From IMG/VR virus record IMGVR_UViG_3300008262_003210: a stretch of 64,000 nucleotides of DNA; one strand, 5' to 3'. A program made the translations under genes and the position numbers. The notes beneath the pieces are model-generated. The model worked only from the letters and a program-made list of their open reading frames with translations, did no database searches and was not told where the DNA came from. This document shows, in pieces, positions 1 to 9,047 of the stretch. Positions within the stretch are counted from its first letter, which is position 1. Every line of letters begins with the position of its first letter. The DNA is from a virus. Taxonomy: Duplodnaviria; Caudoviricetes.

Positions 1-2
1 GT

Positions 3-710
3 AGCCCTCCAGGTTACGTTGGCTTTGAAGAAAATGCAGGCCAACTTATTACTAGCATTCAGGAAAATCCAAATGCTGTATTGTTATTCGATGAAGTTGA
101 AAAATCACATCCAGATGTGTCGACTGTACTACTACAAATGATGGATAACGGTTTTATTACAGGATCAAATGGAAAACGTGCAGATTGCCGTCAATTAGTT
201 TTAATTCTAACTACTAATGCTGGCGCACAAGAAGCCGATAAAAATGCTATTGGGTTTGGTAGTCAGCAAAAGGAATACAGCGATAAAGAACTTAATAAAT
301 TCTTCACACCAGAATTCCGTAATCGACTAGATGGTATTGTTACTTTTAACAAACTAGGTAAGGATACTATGATAAAAGTCGTTGGTAAATTTATCGACGA
401 GCTTAAAGAACAGGTTAAGGAAAAAGGAATCCGTGTTAAAGCTGATAAATCCGCTATTGATTGGTTAATTGAAAAAGGGTTTGACAGCAAAATGGGTGCT
501 CGTCCTTTACAACGTGTCATTGATAAAGAAATCAAACGTGATCTTTCTAAAATGATGTTGTTTGGTGAGCTGAAGAACGGAGGCTGGTTAACTATCAGTG
601 CAGATGATTCAAAACTCGTACTAATAGCTAAACCAAAAACTCCTAAAGTTCCGTTGTTAACTATTGAAAATATAGATACAACAATTGAAGATGTTAACGA
701 AAACAACTAA
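3..710 (+). CDS. clpA: ClpA/ClpB-family AAA+ chaperone, C-terminal part (5'-partial, frame is open to the window edge)
   Basis: Frame reads SPPGYVGFEE..LLFDEVEKSHPDV..LLQMMDNG..ILTTNAG..FTPEFRNRLD..GARPLQRVI, the NBD2 motifs of Clp ATPases. Confidence 0.9.
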   Translation, partial: SPPGYVGFEENAGQLITSIQENPNAVLLFDEVEKSHPDVSTVLLQMMDNGFITGSNGKRADCRQLVLILTTNAGAQEADKNAIGFGSQQKEYSDKELNKFFTPEFRNRLDGIVTFNKLGKDTMIKVVGKFIDELKEQVKEKGIRVKADKSAIDWLIEKGFDSKMGARPLQRVIDKEIKRDLSKMMLFGELKNGGWLTISADDSKLVLIAKPKTPKVPLLTIENIDTTIEDVNENN

Positions 711-1311
711 AAGCCTATTTAACGGAAGGTATCAGTACAAACTAGTGTTAGTTTGTGCTGGTGCTAACTGGTTTCGCGGAGGAGATTGGGCTGGTACTTT
801 AGAAAATCTACAAAAAATAACTTTAAATGACAGTAAAACTTCGAGGACTGGTATCAAAACTCAAGAAGATCTCGATTACGCATTTAAATTACAATCTCAG
901 TTAAAAAAACTAAAAGACATAACTGTAAGAGTAGAAACTCCGTGGATAAGTGTTTACAGCAATAACAAAGCTGAAATTGATTCACTTATAAAACTAGATA
1001 GAGCAAGGGTCAAGTACATCAGTGTTCCGCCGAGTAATAATACCTTAACAGAAGGTGTTATTATTTCACCCAAGGTAAACTACGAATTCAAGGTCACTAT
1101 GGGTAAGTCAGGTACACAACAGTCAGCTTTTGTATCCTGGGCAGAATCAAACCCTAAAGTTAAACTCACTAAAAGTTGCAAGAAAGAACTGAGCAGAGAT
1201 CGCAGTTGGGGCGGCAGCTACTTCTATATAACGGGCGAAAAGAATCTTTTGTTAGCAAAAATGCACTTAGGCGGCTCAATAAACAAGATTGAGCGCATCG
1301 TCAAAGGCTGA
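685..1311 (+). CDS. hypothetical protein (ATG at 691 is the likely start)
   Basis: 208-aa ORF overlapping the clpA stop; no motif recognised. Confidence 0.7.
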   Translation: MKMLTKTTKSLFNGRYQYKLVLVCAGANWFRGGDWAGTLENLQKITLNDSKTSRTGIKTQEDLDYAFKLQSQLKKLKDITVRVETPWISVYSNNKAEIDSLIKLDRARVKYISVPPSNNTLTEGVIISPKVNYEFKVTMGKSGTQQSAFVSWAESNPKVKLTKSCKKELSRDRSWGGSYFYITGEKNLLLAKMHLGGSINKIERIVKG

Positions 1312-1329
1312 ACCCTAAAACCTTTTTCC

Positions 1330-1337
1330 GATAAATA
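1330..1337 (+). promoter_or_regulatory. T4-like late promoter (GATAAATA)
   Basis: Variant of the T4 late consensus TATAAATA in the intergenic gap upstream of 1385. Confidence 0.55.
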
Positions 1338-1384
1338 GTATATTAATGCAGGATAACTGTGACTATAATTTACGGGCTTAAAAT

Positions 1385-1756
1385 ATGCGAATTAGAGAAC
1401 TACTTGAAGGTAAAAAATTTAACGATTTAGATTTTGTCACCAAGGACCAGGACGGTGAAAGCATCAACTATGACTTAATTGAAGATCTTACATTCTTCAT
1501 GAATAACGACGACGATGCTTATAGACGTCATTTATACCCTAGTCTAGCTAAATGTTTAGATCAACTAAAATCAAAGAAAAACACAACACCGTCCTTTTTT
1601 GAATCAGCGGTTGAAAACAGCTACAACGATTATTGTAAAAAATATCCTATTCGCCAACTTCCGTCTAGCATAGAAAAAGAAATGTTTGAAGAAATTTGCA
1701 AAAAATTACATGACGATGTTTGCAAAGATTACGAAGACGGAAAGTACAAGGACTAA
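1385..1756 (+). CDS. hypothetical protein, MRIRELLE leader (putative head-internal protein)
   Basis: 123-aa ORF; N-terminus resembles those of neighbouring ORFs. Confidence 0.7.
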   Translation: MRIRELLEGKKFNDLDFVTKDQDGESINYDLIEDLTFFMNNDDDAYRRHLYPSLAKCLDQLKSKKNTTPSFFESAVENSYNDYCKKYPIRQLPSSIEKEMFEEICKKLHDDVCKDYEDGKYKD

Positions 1757-1758
1757 CT

Positions 1759-2910
1759 GTGTTACTTCGAGAATTATTTTATTTTGAAAATGCTCCGGCA
1801 AAAAAGAAGTTAGGCCGTGCATTTAATCACCTCGAAGATTTGGTATTCTTTTACGGAAGTGCAGGAACACTCGAAGCGTTAGATCATTTAAAAGATTTAG
1901 CAACAGCTGAAGGTGCAAAAAGTGTTAGAATGAAATGGGACGGCAATCCTCAAATATATTGGGGAAGAGAAACAGCCGGCGGTCCGTTAATACTTGCGGG
2001 ACACAACGGTTGGAGTAGAGGCGCAAAATATTCTAATAAAAAAGATATCTATAATTTTATTGCACATCAAAGTGGTAGACCTGGAACACCAGAGCAACAA
2101 AAAGAAAGAGAAACATTTGCTAAACAGTTTGCAAATCTCTATCCGTTGTTTGATGCTGCAACTCCAAGAGACTTTGTTGGATTTGTTTACGCAGACGGAT
2201 TATTCTTACAAAGGCCGCAAGTAGATCAAGCAGGCGTTTATACTTTTTGTCCAAACCCAAATAGCCAAACTTGTTATCATGTAAAAGCGGAAAGCGAACT
2301 AGGTCAAAGAATTAGTCGAGCACAAGTAATGGTTGTAGGACATGCTTATTTTGAAAGTTTTGGTATGGACGACAGCGAACAACAGCCCATGGACGATTTT
2401 AGTACGTTTAATCAGACTGTAGGTTTGATTGTACAAGGGCCTATCTATAATCAAGCAGAGATAAAAATAGAAACACAAGAGATAGATCAAGTTGAAAATT
2501 ATCTGCAAAAACATTCTTCACAGATAGACGGATTTTTACAAGGTGTTCCTGGTATGAGTGACCTTAAAGACATTTTGTATAAGTTTGTCAATCAGACTGC
2601 TAAAGCAAAAAACTTAGATAATATAGGAACAGATTTATTTTTCCAATGGTTAAGTAGTAGCGGTGTTAGCGGACCAAAACAACAAAAGATAAATCAACTA
2701 AGTCAACAATTTAACGGCGCATTAGAAGCAATTTTTACACTAGTAAGACAAATACAAGATATTAAAGATAATGTAATTGATCAAATCGAAGCAGGACACT
2801 CAGCAGATGTGTGGGATACTAACGGCGAAGGCCGTGTAAGATACGCTGGACCTAATAAAAAGTTTGGTAATATTAAATTAGTACCTAGAAAACGTTGGAC
2901 ACCAAAATGA
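1759..2910 (+). CDS. KxDG-motif protein (ligase/capping nucleotidyltransferase-like, DUF6267-like)
   Basis: GTG start with AAGGAC upstream; HLEDL and MKWDGNPQIYWG motifs. Confidence 0.55.
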   Translation: MLLRELFYFENAPAKKKLGRAFNHLEDLVFFYGSAGTLEALDHLKDLATAEGAKSVRMKWDGNPQIYWGRETAGGPLILAGHNGWSRGAKYSNKKDIYNFIAHQSGRPGTPEQQKERETFAKQFANLYPLFDAATPRDFVGFVYADGLFLQRPQVDQAGVYTFCPNPNSQTCYHVKAESELGQRISRAQVMVVGHAYFESFGMDDSEQQPMDDFSTFNQTVGLIVQGPIYNQAEIKIETQEIDQVENYLQKHSSQIDGFLQGVPGMSDLKDILYKFVNQTAKAKNLDNIGTDLFFQWLSSSGVSGPKQQKINQLSQQFNGALEAIFTLVRQIQDIKDNVIDQIEAGHSADVWDTNGEGRVRYAGPNKKFGNIKLVPRKRWTPK

Positions 2911-3914
2911 GATTAAGAGAATTATTTGAAAACATATACGAGATAGCTGACGACACAAAACCGTTTGACGGTGGTTTAAAAACTATCGGCATTTGCTACG
3001 GGCGTTGGAATCCTCCACATCAAGGGCACAGAGAAGTATGGAAAGAAGCGTCTAAAAATCCTGTTTGGTTTGTAGGCACTAATCAAGATACAGCTGGTCC
3101 TAAAGATCCGTTGCCATATGAAGTGAAATTACAATGCATGGCTGCTGTTTGGCCAAAAGTTGCTGGGCATGTTATTCCAGAACAAGATTTATTTGTAATG
3201 GCTACTCATATATACGAACAGTATGGTGAAAACGTAAATTTAAATGTCTATACAGACGAAGAATGGTTAGTTAGTAGTTTACAAAAATACAACGGTTTAA
3301 TGAATCAAAAACACGGTGGCTATAAATTTACACAAATTGATTGGAAGAAAACAAAACGTCTAGCTCGTGCTACTGATTTACGTAATTCGGTTAGAGATGG
3401 AGATGCTGCAAAATTTTATAAAGATGCAGGTGTACCATCTAACACTATGATAGCATTAGGAGAGAAGTCATATCCTATGTTTGAGATTGTAGCACATTTC
3501 TTAAACAAATATCCTGATAAAAGTAAAAAAGCCGCAGTAGCAGAAGGTTCAGTTGGTAAGGGCGGAACAAAAACTATCGACAAAGAAAAGAAAGCTGCTA
3601 TGAAAAATGCTCTTACAATGCCTGATTTAAATATGAGCACTGGCCGCGGCGGCGCATATATGAATTATCGAATGGCAATTGCTCTAGCAGGTGCTCCTAA
3701 TTTCCCAACTAAGATGGAAGCAGACAACTGGATTGGCGGCGATCCTTTGCTTAGTTCTTATACTGAAGAAGAATTTGAAATGGTCAAAGCTGCAGCCAAA
3801 CAAGTTGGTGCTGGCACTATACAAAACTGGTCAGGCAATCGTAGTCAAGAAATCGCAGACGTAAATAAGACTAGTCCAGTTGCCAAGCCTAAAAAGAACA
3901 AATACGGAGTTTAA
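2907..3914 (+). CDS. HxGH cytidylyltransferase-like nucleotidyltransferase with an extra C-terminal module
   Basis: ICYGRWNPPHQGH motif; ATGA overlap with the upstream gene. Confidence 0.7.
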   Translation: MRLRELFENIYEIADDTKPFDGGLKTIGICYGRWNPPHQGHREVWKEASKNPVWFVGTNQDTAGPKDPLPYEVKLQCMAAVWPKVAGHVIPEQDLFVMATHIYEQYGENVNLNVYTDEEWLVSSLQKYNGLMNQKHGGYKFTQIDWKKTKRLARATDLRNSVRDGDAAKFYKDAGVPSNTMIALGEKSYPMFEIVAHFLNKYPDKSKKAAVAEGSVGKGGTKTIDKEKKAAMKNALTMPDLNMSTGRGGAYMNYRMAIALAGAPNFPTKMEADNWIGGDPLLSSYTEEEFEMVKAAAKQVGAGTIQNWSGNRSQEIADVNKTSPVAKPKKNKYGV

Positions 3915-3916
3915 AA

Positions 3917-4357
3917 GTGGAAGACGAAAAATATTTTGCAGCATTAAAAACAGCATTTGCCAGTGAATACGCTTTTGCATTAAAAGCACAAAACTTCCAT
4001 TGGAACATTGAAGGTCCAAACTTTCCACAGTATCATGCTTTGTTTGAAAAGATCTATGATGAAGTGTACGGCATAATTGATGACTTTGCTGAAAATCTAC
4101 GTAAAGTAGGAACATATACACCTGCTAGTTTTTCACGTTTTAATATGTTGACTATGATTGAAGATGAAACACAAATGCTAGACGAACGTTCTATGCTAGC
4201 CGAATTGTACGCAGACAGTGAAAAAATGGCCAATATCTTTAAAGCTATTTTTCAACTAGCCGAGGAACGCGGAGAGCATGGGTTAAGCGATTTCTTTGCT
4301 GCAAGACAAGATGCACACAAAAAACATAGTTGGATGCTAAGAGCAACACTAAAATAA
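3917..4357 (+). CDS. dps: Dps/ferritin-like DNA-protection protein
   Basis: NFHWNIEGPNFPQYHALFEKIYDE..DDFAENLR..HKKHSWML ferroxidase signature; 146 aa. Confidence 0.9.
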   Translation: MEDEKYFAALKTAFASEYAFALKAQNFHWNIEGPNFPQYHALFEKIYDEVYGIIDDFAENLRKVGTYTPASFSRFNMLTMIEDETQMLDERSMLAELYADSEKMANIFKAIFQLAEERGEHGLSDFFAARQDAHKKHSWMLRATLK

Positions 4358-4358
4358 T

Positions 4359-4589
4359 ATGGATGAACTAGCTCAAATTAAAAAGTTAGCCGGCATTAAA
4401 CCTTTCCCAGGTTTAACAGAGTATTCTATCGAAGACGGTAGTAATATTAGTTTGACTGGCAACGAAAAAGGCGAGCTAATGAAAAAACATAACATCAAAC
4501 CTGGAACACCTGAATGGTTTCAATTATGGTTTAGTTTACCTAAACTTACAGGAGAAAAACCTGTTGGTCCAGGAATAAGGAAAAAGTAA
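4359..4589 (+). CDS. hypothetical protein
   Basis: 76-aa ORF; MDELAQIKKLAGI leader. Confidence 0.7.
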   Translation: MDELAQIKKLAGIKPFPGLTEYSIEDGSNISLTGNEKGELMKKHNIKPGTPEWFQLWFSLPKLTGEKPVGPGIRKK

Positions 4590-5125
4590 TGAAAGTTATA
4601 GAAATTTTATCAGAAATGAGAGGACGTAGAGATGCGTATCAACGTGATTACGATTCTAGCGTAATCGGAATGGGTAAGCGAGATAGCTACGCATATCAAC
4701 AAGATGGCGGTGCTAATGACGAAGGTTGGGATCGTGAAGAACCTGCTAAAGATGCGCCACACGATGTACATATCGATGGCCGCAAATGGAAAACGTTTGG
4801 GTCACGCGGCCACGCTAGTAATGTTGCTCGTAAACTACAATCTAAAGGTAAAAAAGCTACAGTACATAGATCATTAGATGAAACAGCAACACCTGGAGCT
4901 ACAAGTGCAGCTAATGTAGGTACAGTAGATGCACCACATATTAGCCCAGGAAAATCTCGTGGAAAAAAGAGTTACATTGGCAGTCCTTGGGGTGGTAAAT
5001 CGGGTACAAAATCCCCTGCACAACCCAAAGTAAAACAACCTAAAAAATCAGATGGCACAGCAGTAAACGGCTTAGACATAAAAGGCTCAAGTTTATTTGG
5101 TGGGCCGACCATTAAAAGAAGCTAA
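4589..5125 (+). CDS. hypothetical protein, MKVIEILSE leader (putative head-internal protein)
   Basis: 178-aa ORF; modules separated by LSE/LDE motifs. Confidence 0.7.
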   Translation: MKVIEILSEMRGRRDAYQRDYDSSVIGMGKRDSYAYQQDGGANDEGWDREEPAKDAPHDVHIDGRKWKTFGSRGHASNVARKLQSKGKKATVHRSLDETATPGATSAANVGTVDAPHISPGKSRGKKSYIGSPWGGKSGTKSPAQPKVKQPKKSDGTAVNGLDIKGSSLFGGPTIKRS

Positions 5126-5128
5126 ATA
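5123..5128 (+). promoter_or_regulatory. T4-like late promoter core (TAAATA)
   Basis: CTAAATATA at the stop of the 4589 gene, followed by GGAG and ATG 5150. Confidence 0.45.
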
Positions 5129-5149
5129 TACAATAACGGAGTTTATACC

Positions 5150-6862
5150 ATGCACGACGACATGCAACCAGATACATTAAATCCAGTACCAGCTGGAGCA
5201 CAACAAGATCACGAAGGCGCTATGGCCCGTGCTGATCTTTACAAATTAGCCAACTATTCGCTTAAATTATTTAAGAAATTAGATGATTCTGCTCAACTAG
5301 AAGGTTGGGTACAGGCTAAAATTACTAAAGCAGCTGACTATGTTGCCAGCGTTTATCACTATATGGAATATGAAATGAAATTCAACGAATATGGTGAACA
5401 CTTGGCCAATGCTGAAGTTATGAGCGAAGGACAAAAAGCTCAAATTATTAATAAGTTAACTGAAGCTCGTCAAAAGGTTGCAGCACTAAAGAAAATTCAA
5501 GCAGACAAGATGTCTGGTAAAAAAGTTGATGAAGGTGTACTTAGCGGTGGTGAACGTCCGTGTGCAGAGTGTGGTGGGAGCGGAATGGTTTATGAAGAAC
5601 CAAAAGCAGTTCCAGATCATGTTAAAGGTAAAGTAGACAAGTATAAGCGCCTAACTAAAGCTATGCATGCCGCCAGCAAGCGTTTGGATAGAAACAACAA
5701 CGGTATTCCTGATCATTTAGAGAACGATCAAGAAGTAGGAGAAGACCAAGGCGACCTTAAAAAAGTTGGTGATACAACTAAAACTTCTAAAGGTGGCACC
5801 GTAACTAAAACTTCAACTGGTATCAAGCACGAGCGTGATCCAAGCAGTTATGATGACGGCGGTGATGCTGACGAAAAATCTGGAAAAGGCACCAAGAGTC
5901 ATGCTAAAGCACAGTCTGCAGCTGAAAAGAAAGAACGTGCTCCTGCACAAAAACAGTCTAAGACTGGTACATGGGGCATGAAGGATGGTGCTAAGTTTGA
6001 CAATCGTAAGAAAGAAAAAGCTGTTGACGAAACATTTGGTCAAGGCGTTTACGCAGAAGGAAAAGGCAAGAAGCCAGACTTCTTAGACATGGATAAAGAT
6101 GGCGACAAAAAAGAGCCAATGAAAAAAGCTGTCGCTGATAAAAAAGCAGGTCCAAAGAAAGGTGTAAATCCTTTTGCTAAAAAAACTAATGAAGCATTAA
6201 AAGGCGGTCAACATAAACTAGATGTAGACGATGATGGCGATATCGAAGGCGACGATCTAGCAGACTTACGTGCTGGTAAGAAAAAGAAAGAAAAGAAAGT
6301 TGACGAGTCAGGTAAAAAGACTATGAGTCAGGCCGCAAAAGGAAACGAAAAATACGGCAAGGATGGCATGAAGGCACTAGCTAAAGCAGGTCGCAATGGC
6401 GCAAGTGAAAAGAAATTAGATGCTATTCGTGACAAGCACGACAACTATTCAGAGTCATGGAAGCTAAAAGCTAAAGCTCTTAAAGAAAACTTAGATGCAA
6501 TGACACCAGATCAAGATATGGAACTCAGTCTTGACGAAGCAGGTCAGATAGATTTAACAGCATTGTTACAGCAAATACAGCAAACAGATCCAAAAGGATT
6601 AGAGCAAGCCATTGCAGCTGAACAAACTACTCCTGGATCAATTGCAAAATTTATGGATTCTAAAATGAAAGGTGGCGCAAAACCTGGACAATCACCTACA
6701 CCAGATGCAAGTGCAACACCAGCAAATCCTACACCTAATCCAACAATGGGTCAAGCACCAACAGCACAACAAGATACTGCTATGGATGATCCAGCTAATC
6801 AAATCAACGAATCTTCTGAATTAGATCGCATGAAACAATTCTTAACAAGATTAAACGGATAA
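5150..6862 (+). CDS. highly charged, low-complexity putative head-internal/scaffold-like protein with DxDxDG motifs
   Basis: 570-aa K/D/E-rich ORF; repeated VDE/NES motifs; DRNNNG, DMDKDG and DVDDDG motifs. Confidence 0.65.
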   Translation: MHDDMQPDTLNPVPAGAQQDHEGAMARADLYKLANYSLKLFKKLDDSAQLEGWVQAKITKAADYVASVYHYMEYEMKFNEYGEHLANAEVMSEGQKAQIINKLTEARQKVAALKKIQADKMSGKKVDEGVLSGGERPCAECGGSGMVYEEPKAVPDHVKGKVDKYKRLTKAMHAASKRLDRNNNGIPDHLENDQEVGEDQGDLKKVGDTTKTSKGGTVTKTSTGIKHERDPSSYDDGGDADEKSGKGTKSHAKAQSAAEKKERAPAQKQSKTGTWGMKDGAKFDNRKKEKAVDETFGQGVYAEGKGKKPDFLDMDKDGDKKEPMKKAVADKKAGPKKGVNPFAKKTNEALKGGQHKLDVDDDGDIEGDDLADLRAGKKKKEKKVDESGKKTMSQAAKGNEKYGKDGMKALAKAGRNGASEKKLDAIRDKHDNYSESWKLKAKALKENLDAMTPDQDMELSLDEAGQIDLTALLQQIQQTDPKGLEQAIAAEQTTPGSIAKFMDSKMKGGAKPGQSPTPDASATPANPTPNPTMGQAPTAQQDTAMDDPANQINESSELDRMKQFLTRLNG

Positions 6863-6866
6863 AAGC

Positions 6867-7184
6867 ATGGACACAGGTTTAAAATCAGATATAACTAAGT
6901 TTTTATCTATTATAGATAAAAATGATGTTTCTATTCTGAAAGAAGAACAGGATAATAATCGTGTGCTTAATGAGGGTGCAAACCCTCATAAAGTATCGTT
7001 GCCTGTTCAAATGGCCATGCAACATTATCAAAAAGATGCTGTTAAAAAAGATTCGGTGTTAAAAAAATATTTTAAAGAAGCAGAAGAATCTGCTTTACAA
7101 ATAACAGCTGAAAGAAAAAAAATGTTGTCTCAATATGCACAAAAAATTTCTAATAAAATTTTAGAAAGATCTAGAGGTATTTAA
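6867..7184 (+). CDS. hypothetical protein
   Basis: 105-aa ORF. Confidence 0.65.
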   Translation: MDTGLKSDITKFLSIIDKNDVSILKEEQDNNRVLNEGANPHKVSLPVQMAMQHYQKDAVKKDSVLKKYFKEAEESALQITAERKKMLSQYAQKISNKILERSRGI

Positions 7185-7217
7185 ACAACAAATTATAATT
7201 TGAATCAGGAAAATAAA

Positions 7218-9047
7218 ATGGATTTAAGATCACTTATTGATAAACTAGACACTATTGAACAGGAAAAACTATTGCTCGAATCTGAAGAGCTAATGGAAAG
7301 AGTTGGTCTTAGATTGTCAGACATTGAACAAGCTGTTGGAAGGGAACTTGATGGCAATAAACGTGCCGCAATAATTGGTGACTTTGCTCGCAAGTTTGGA
7401 TATGCAGGTTTGTTTGATCCTGTTTCAGGCAAGTTTGTTAATAAAGATGGAAAATTTGCTAGTTTTGGTGCTTATCAAAGTGAAGTTGAACAATTAGAAG
7501 ACGAAGGATTAATTCCTAATAGTGCAAAAACAGATGCACTACTTGGCTTCATGGGTAAAGACGAAAAAGCAGCCAAACCAAAAGCATTTGCAAGAGCCGA
7601 TTTAATGGGGGCAATTGACAAGGCAGACGGTTTACTCGACAAAGCTCTCGACGGTATGCTAGAAAGCAAAGGTATCGCTAACTCGTTATTAGAAGAGTTT
7701 GGCATTGATACACGCATATTAGAAGCCATTACGCCTGAAGAGCATCAATTCCTTAAAAAGACAGTTAAAGATGCTGAGCCAATTAAACATAAAGCCGATG
7801 CTAATAATCTTATAACAAGATATAATCAAGTATACGTGCCTGCACGAAATAGACTTATTGCAAAGATCAAAGAAGTCATTGCCACAATTAAGCCTGCAGC
7901 AAAAGCAGTTCCAGCGGCACCTGCAGCTAAAGACCAGCGTTCTGGGGCTGCTACTACAAAAGAATCTTTAACATTTGAAAATAAAGATATTTTACTTGAA
8001 ATCGAACTAACACCCAAAGGAAAACAAGCTAGAGCTAAAATTTATCAAGCAAGCTGGACGGGATATTTAAGTCCACAACAAAGTCAACATAATCTTAACA
8101 TGATTAAGAAAGGGTATGCTAGATATACTGTCGGGGATCATGTAGGACAGAACGTAAGAGATATTTTTAATGCACCTACAATGGGCGCAATGGATAAATT
8201 TCAAGCATGGGCAAGTAGTCGTAACGATCCTAACACATCGTATGAAAAAGAATTAGCAAAATTGCAAGGGCAAACTACAGCATACAACCGAAGTAATCAA
8301 GCTGGAAATCTTCGTAATGCAGTAAAAGCTGTAACAGGTTACCAGATGGATAAAGACAATCCGTTTGGTAATATTACTCCTGGGGATCTTATTGGTACGT
8401 TTGCAGGCGGAATGGGTTTATGGAACGCAGGTGTTAAAGTTGCTACAAAGTTAGGCGTACCAGGTGTAGTTGGTGGTCTTACAACTACACTTGCAGCACC
8501 GTTGGCAGTAGCACAAGTTGGCAATGGTCGACAACCTAACAATCAACAACCTAACGATCAACAACCTAACAACGGTTGGCAACCTGGCGATAATAATCAA
8601 CAATCTGGCAATGGTATGCTACTTGCTGGAAATCAATTTGCAATAATGAAAATGCAAAGAGACCTAAAAGCAGCAGGTGCAAATTTAGGTACGTATGGTC
8701 CTGACAAAGACGGTGTTGATGGTAAGATTGGTAAGTTTACTAGAGATGCAATGGCAAAATATCCAGAGATTGCCAAAAAACATGGATTCGGTGGCGGTGT
8801 AGCAACACAGCCAGACAATCAATCCGACGACGGCTCCTATGATAGAGCAGAGGCAAGAAGATTATCTAACTATCCCGCCGACAATACAGATACATATCAA
8901 ACTGATATCAATACACGAGTTAGTCCAGAACAAGTACAAACTATGATGGCCGAACTTGGGATAACTGGAACTGAAATTACACCTGATCAACTACTAGCTA
9001 GGTATTACAGATGCAGCTCCTGTAGCAGAATCAACAGACCTAGATAG
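7218..9047 (+). CDS. segment 1 of a frameshift-split ~1000-aa virion-type protein; contains a peptidoglycan-binding domain
   Basis: PG_binding_1-like IMKMQRDLKAAG..G..DGVDGKIGKFTRDAM at ~8640-8770; codons after ~9000 look out of frame. Confidence 0.65.
   Translation: MDLRSLIDKLDTIEQEKLLLESEELMERVGLRLSDIEQAVGRELDGNKRAAIIGDFARKFGYAGLFDPVSGKFVNKDGKFASFGAYQSEVEQLEDEGLIPNSAKTDALLGFMGKDEKAAKPKAFARADLMGAIDKADGLLDKALDGMLESKGIANSLLEEFGIDTRILEAITPEEHQFLKKTVKDAEPIKHKADANNLITRYNQVYVPARNRLIAKIKEVIATIKPAAKAVPAAPAAKDQRSGAATTKESLTFENKDILLEIELTPKGKQARAKIYQASWTGYLSPQQSQHNLNMIKKGYARYTVGDHVGQNVRDIFNAPTMGAMDKFQAWASSRNDPNTSYEKELAKLQGQTTAYNRSNQAGNLRNAVKAVTGYQMDKDNPFGNITPGDLIGTFAGGMGLWNAGVKVATKLGVPGVVGGLTTTLAAPLAVAQVGNGRQPNNQQPNDQQPNNGWQPGDNNQQSGNGMLLAGNQFAIMKMQRDLKAAGANLGTYGPDKDGVDGKIGKFTRDAMAKYPEIAKKHGFGGGVATQPDNQSDDGSYDRAEARRLSNYPADNTDTYQTDINTRVSPEQVQTMMAELGITGTEITPDQLLARYYRCSSCSRINRPR
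8532..8573 (+). repeat. 15-nt tandem repeat (CAACCTAACRATCAA) encoding QPNNQ/QPNDQ
   Basis: Two full copies and one partial copy seen directly. Confidence 0.8.

Noticed and set aside
1720-1758. N-terminal extensions given by the ORF track (1720, 19308, 20861, 25431, 26610, 28592)
   Set aside because: They overlap upstream genes extensively. Downstream starts with an SD or stop-start coupling fit better.
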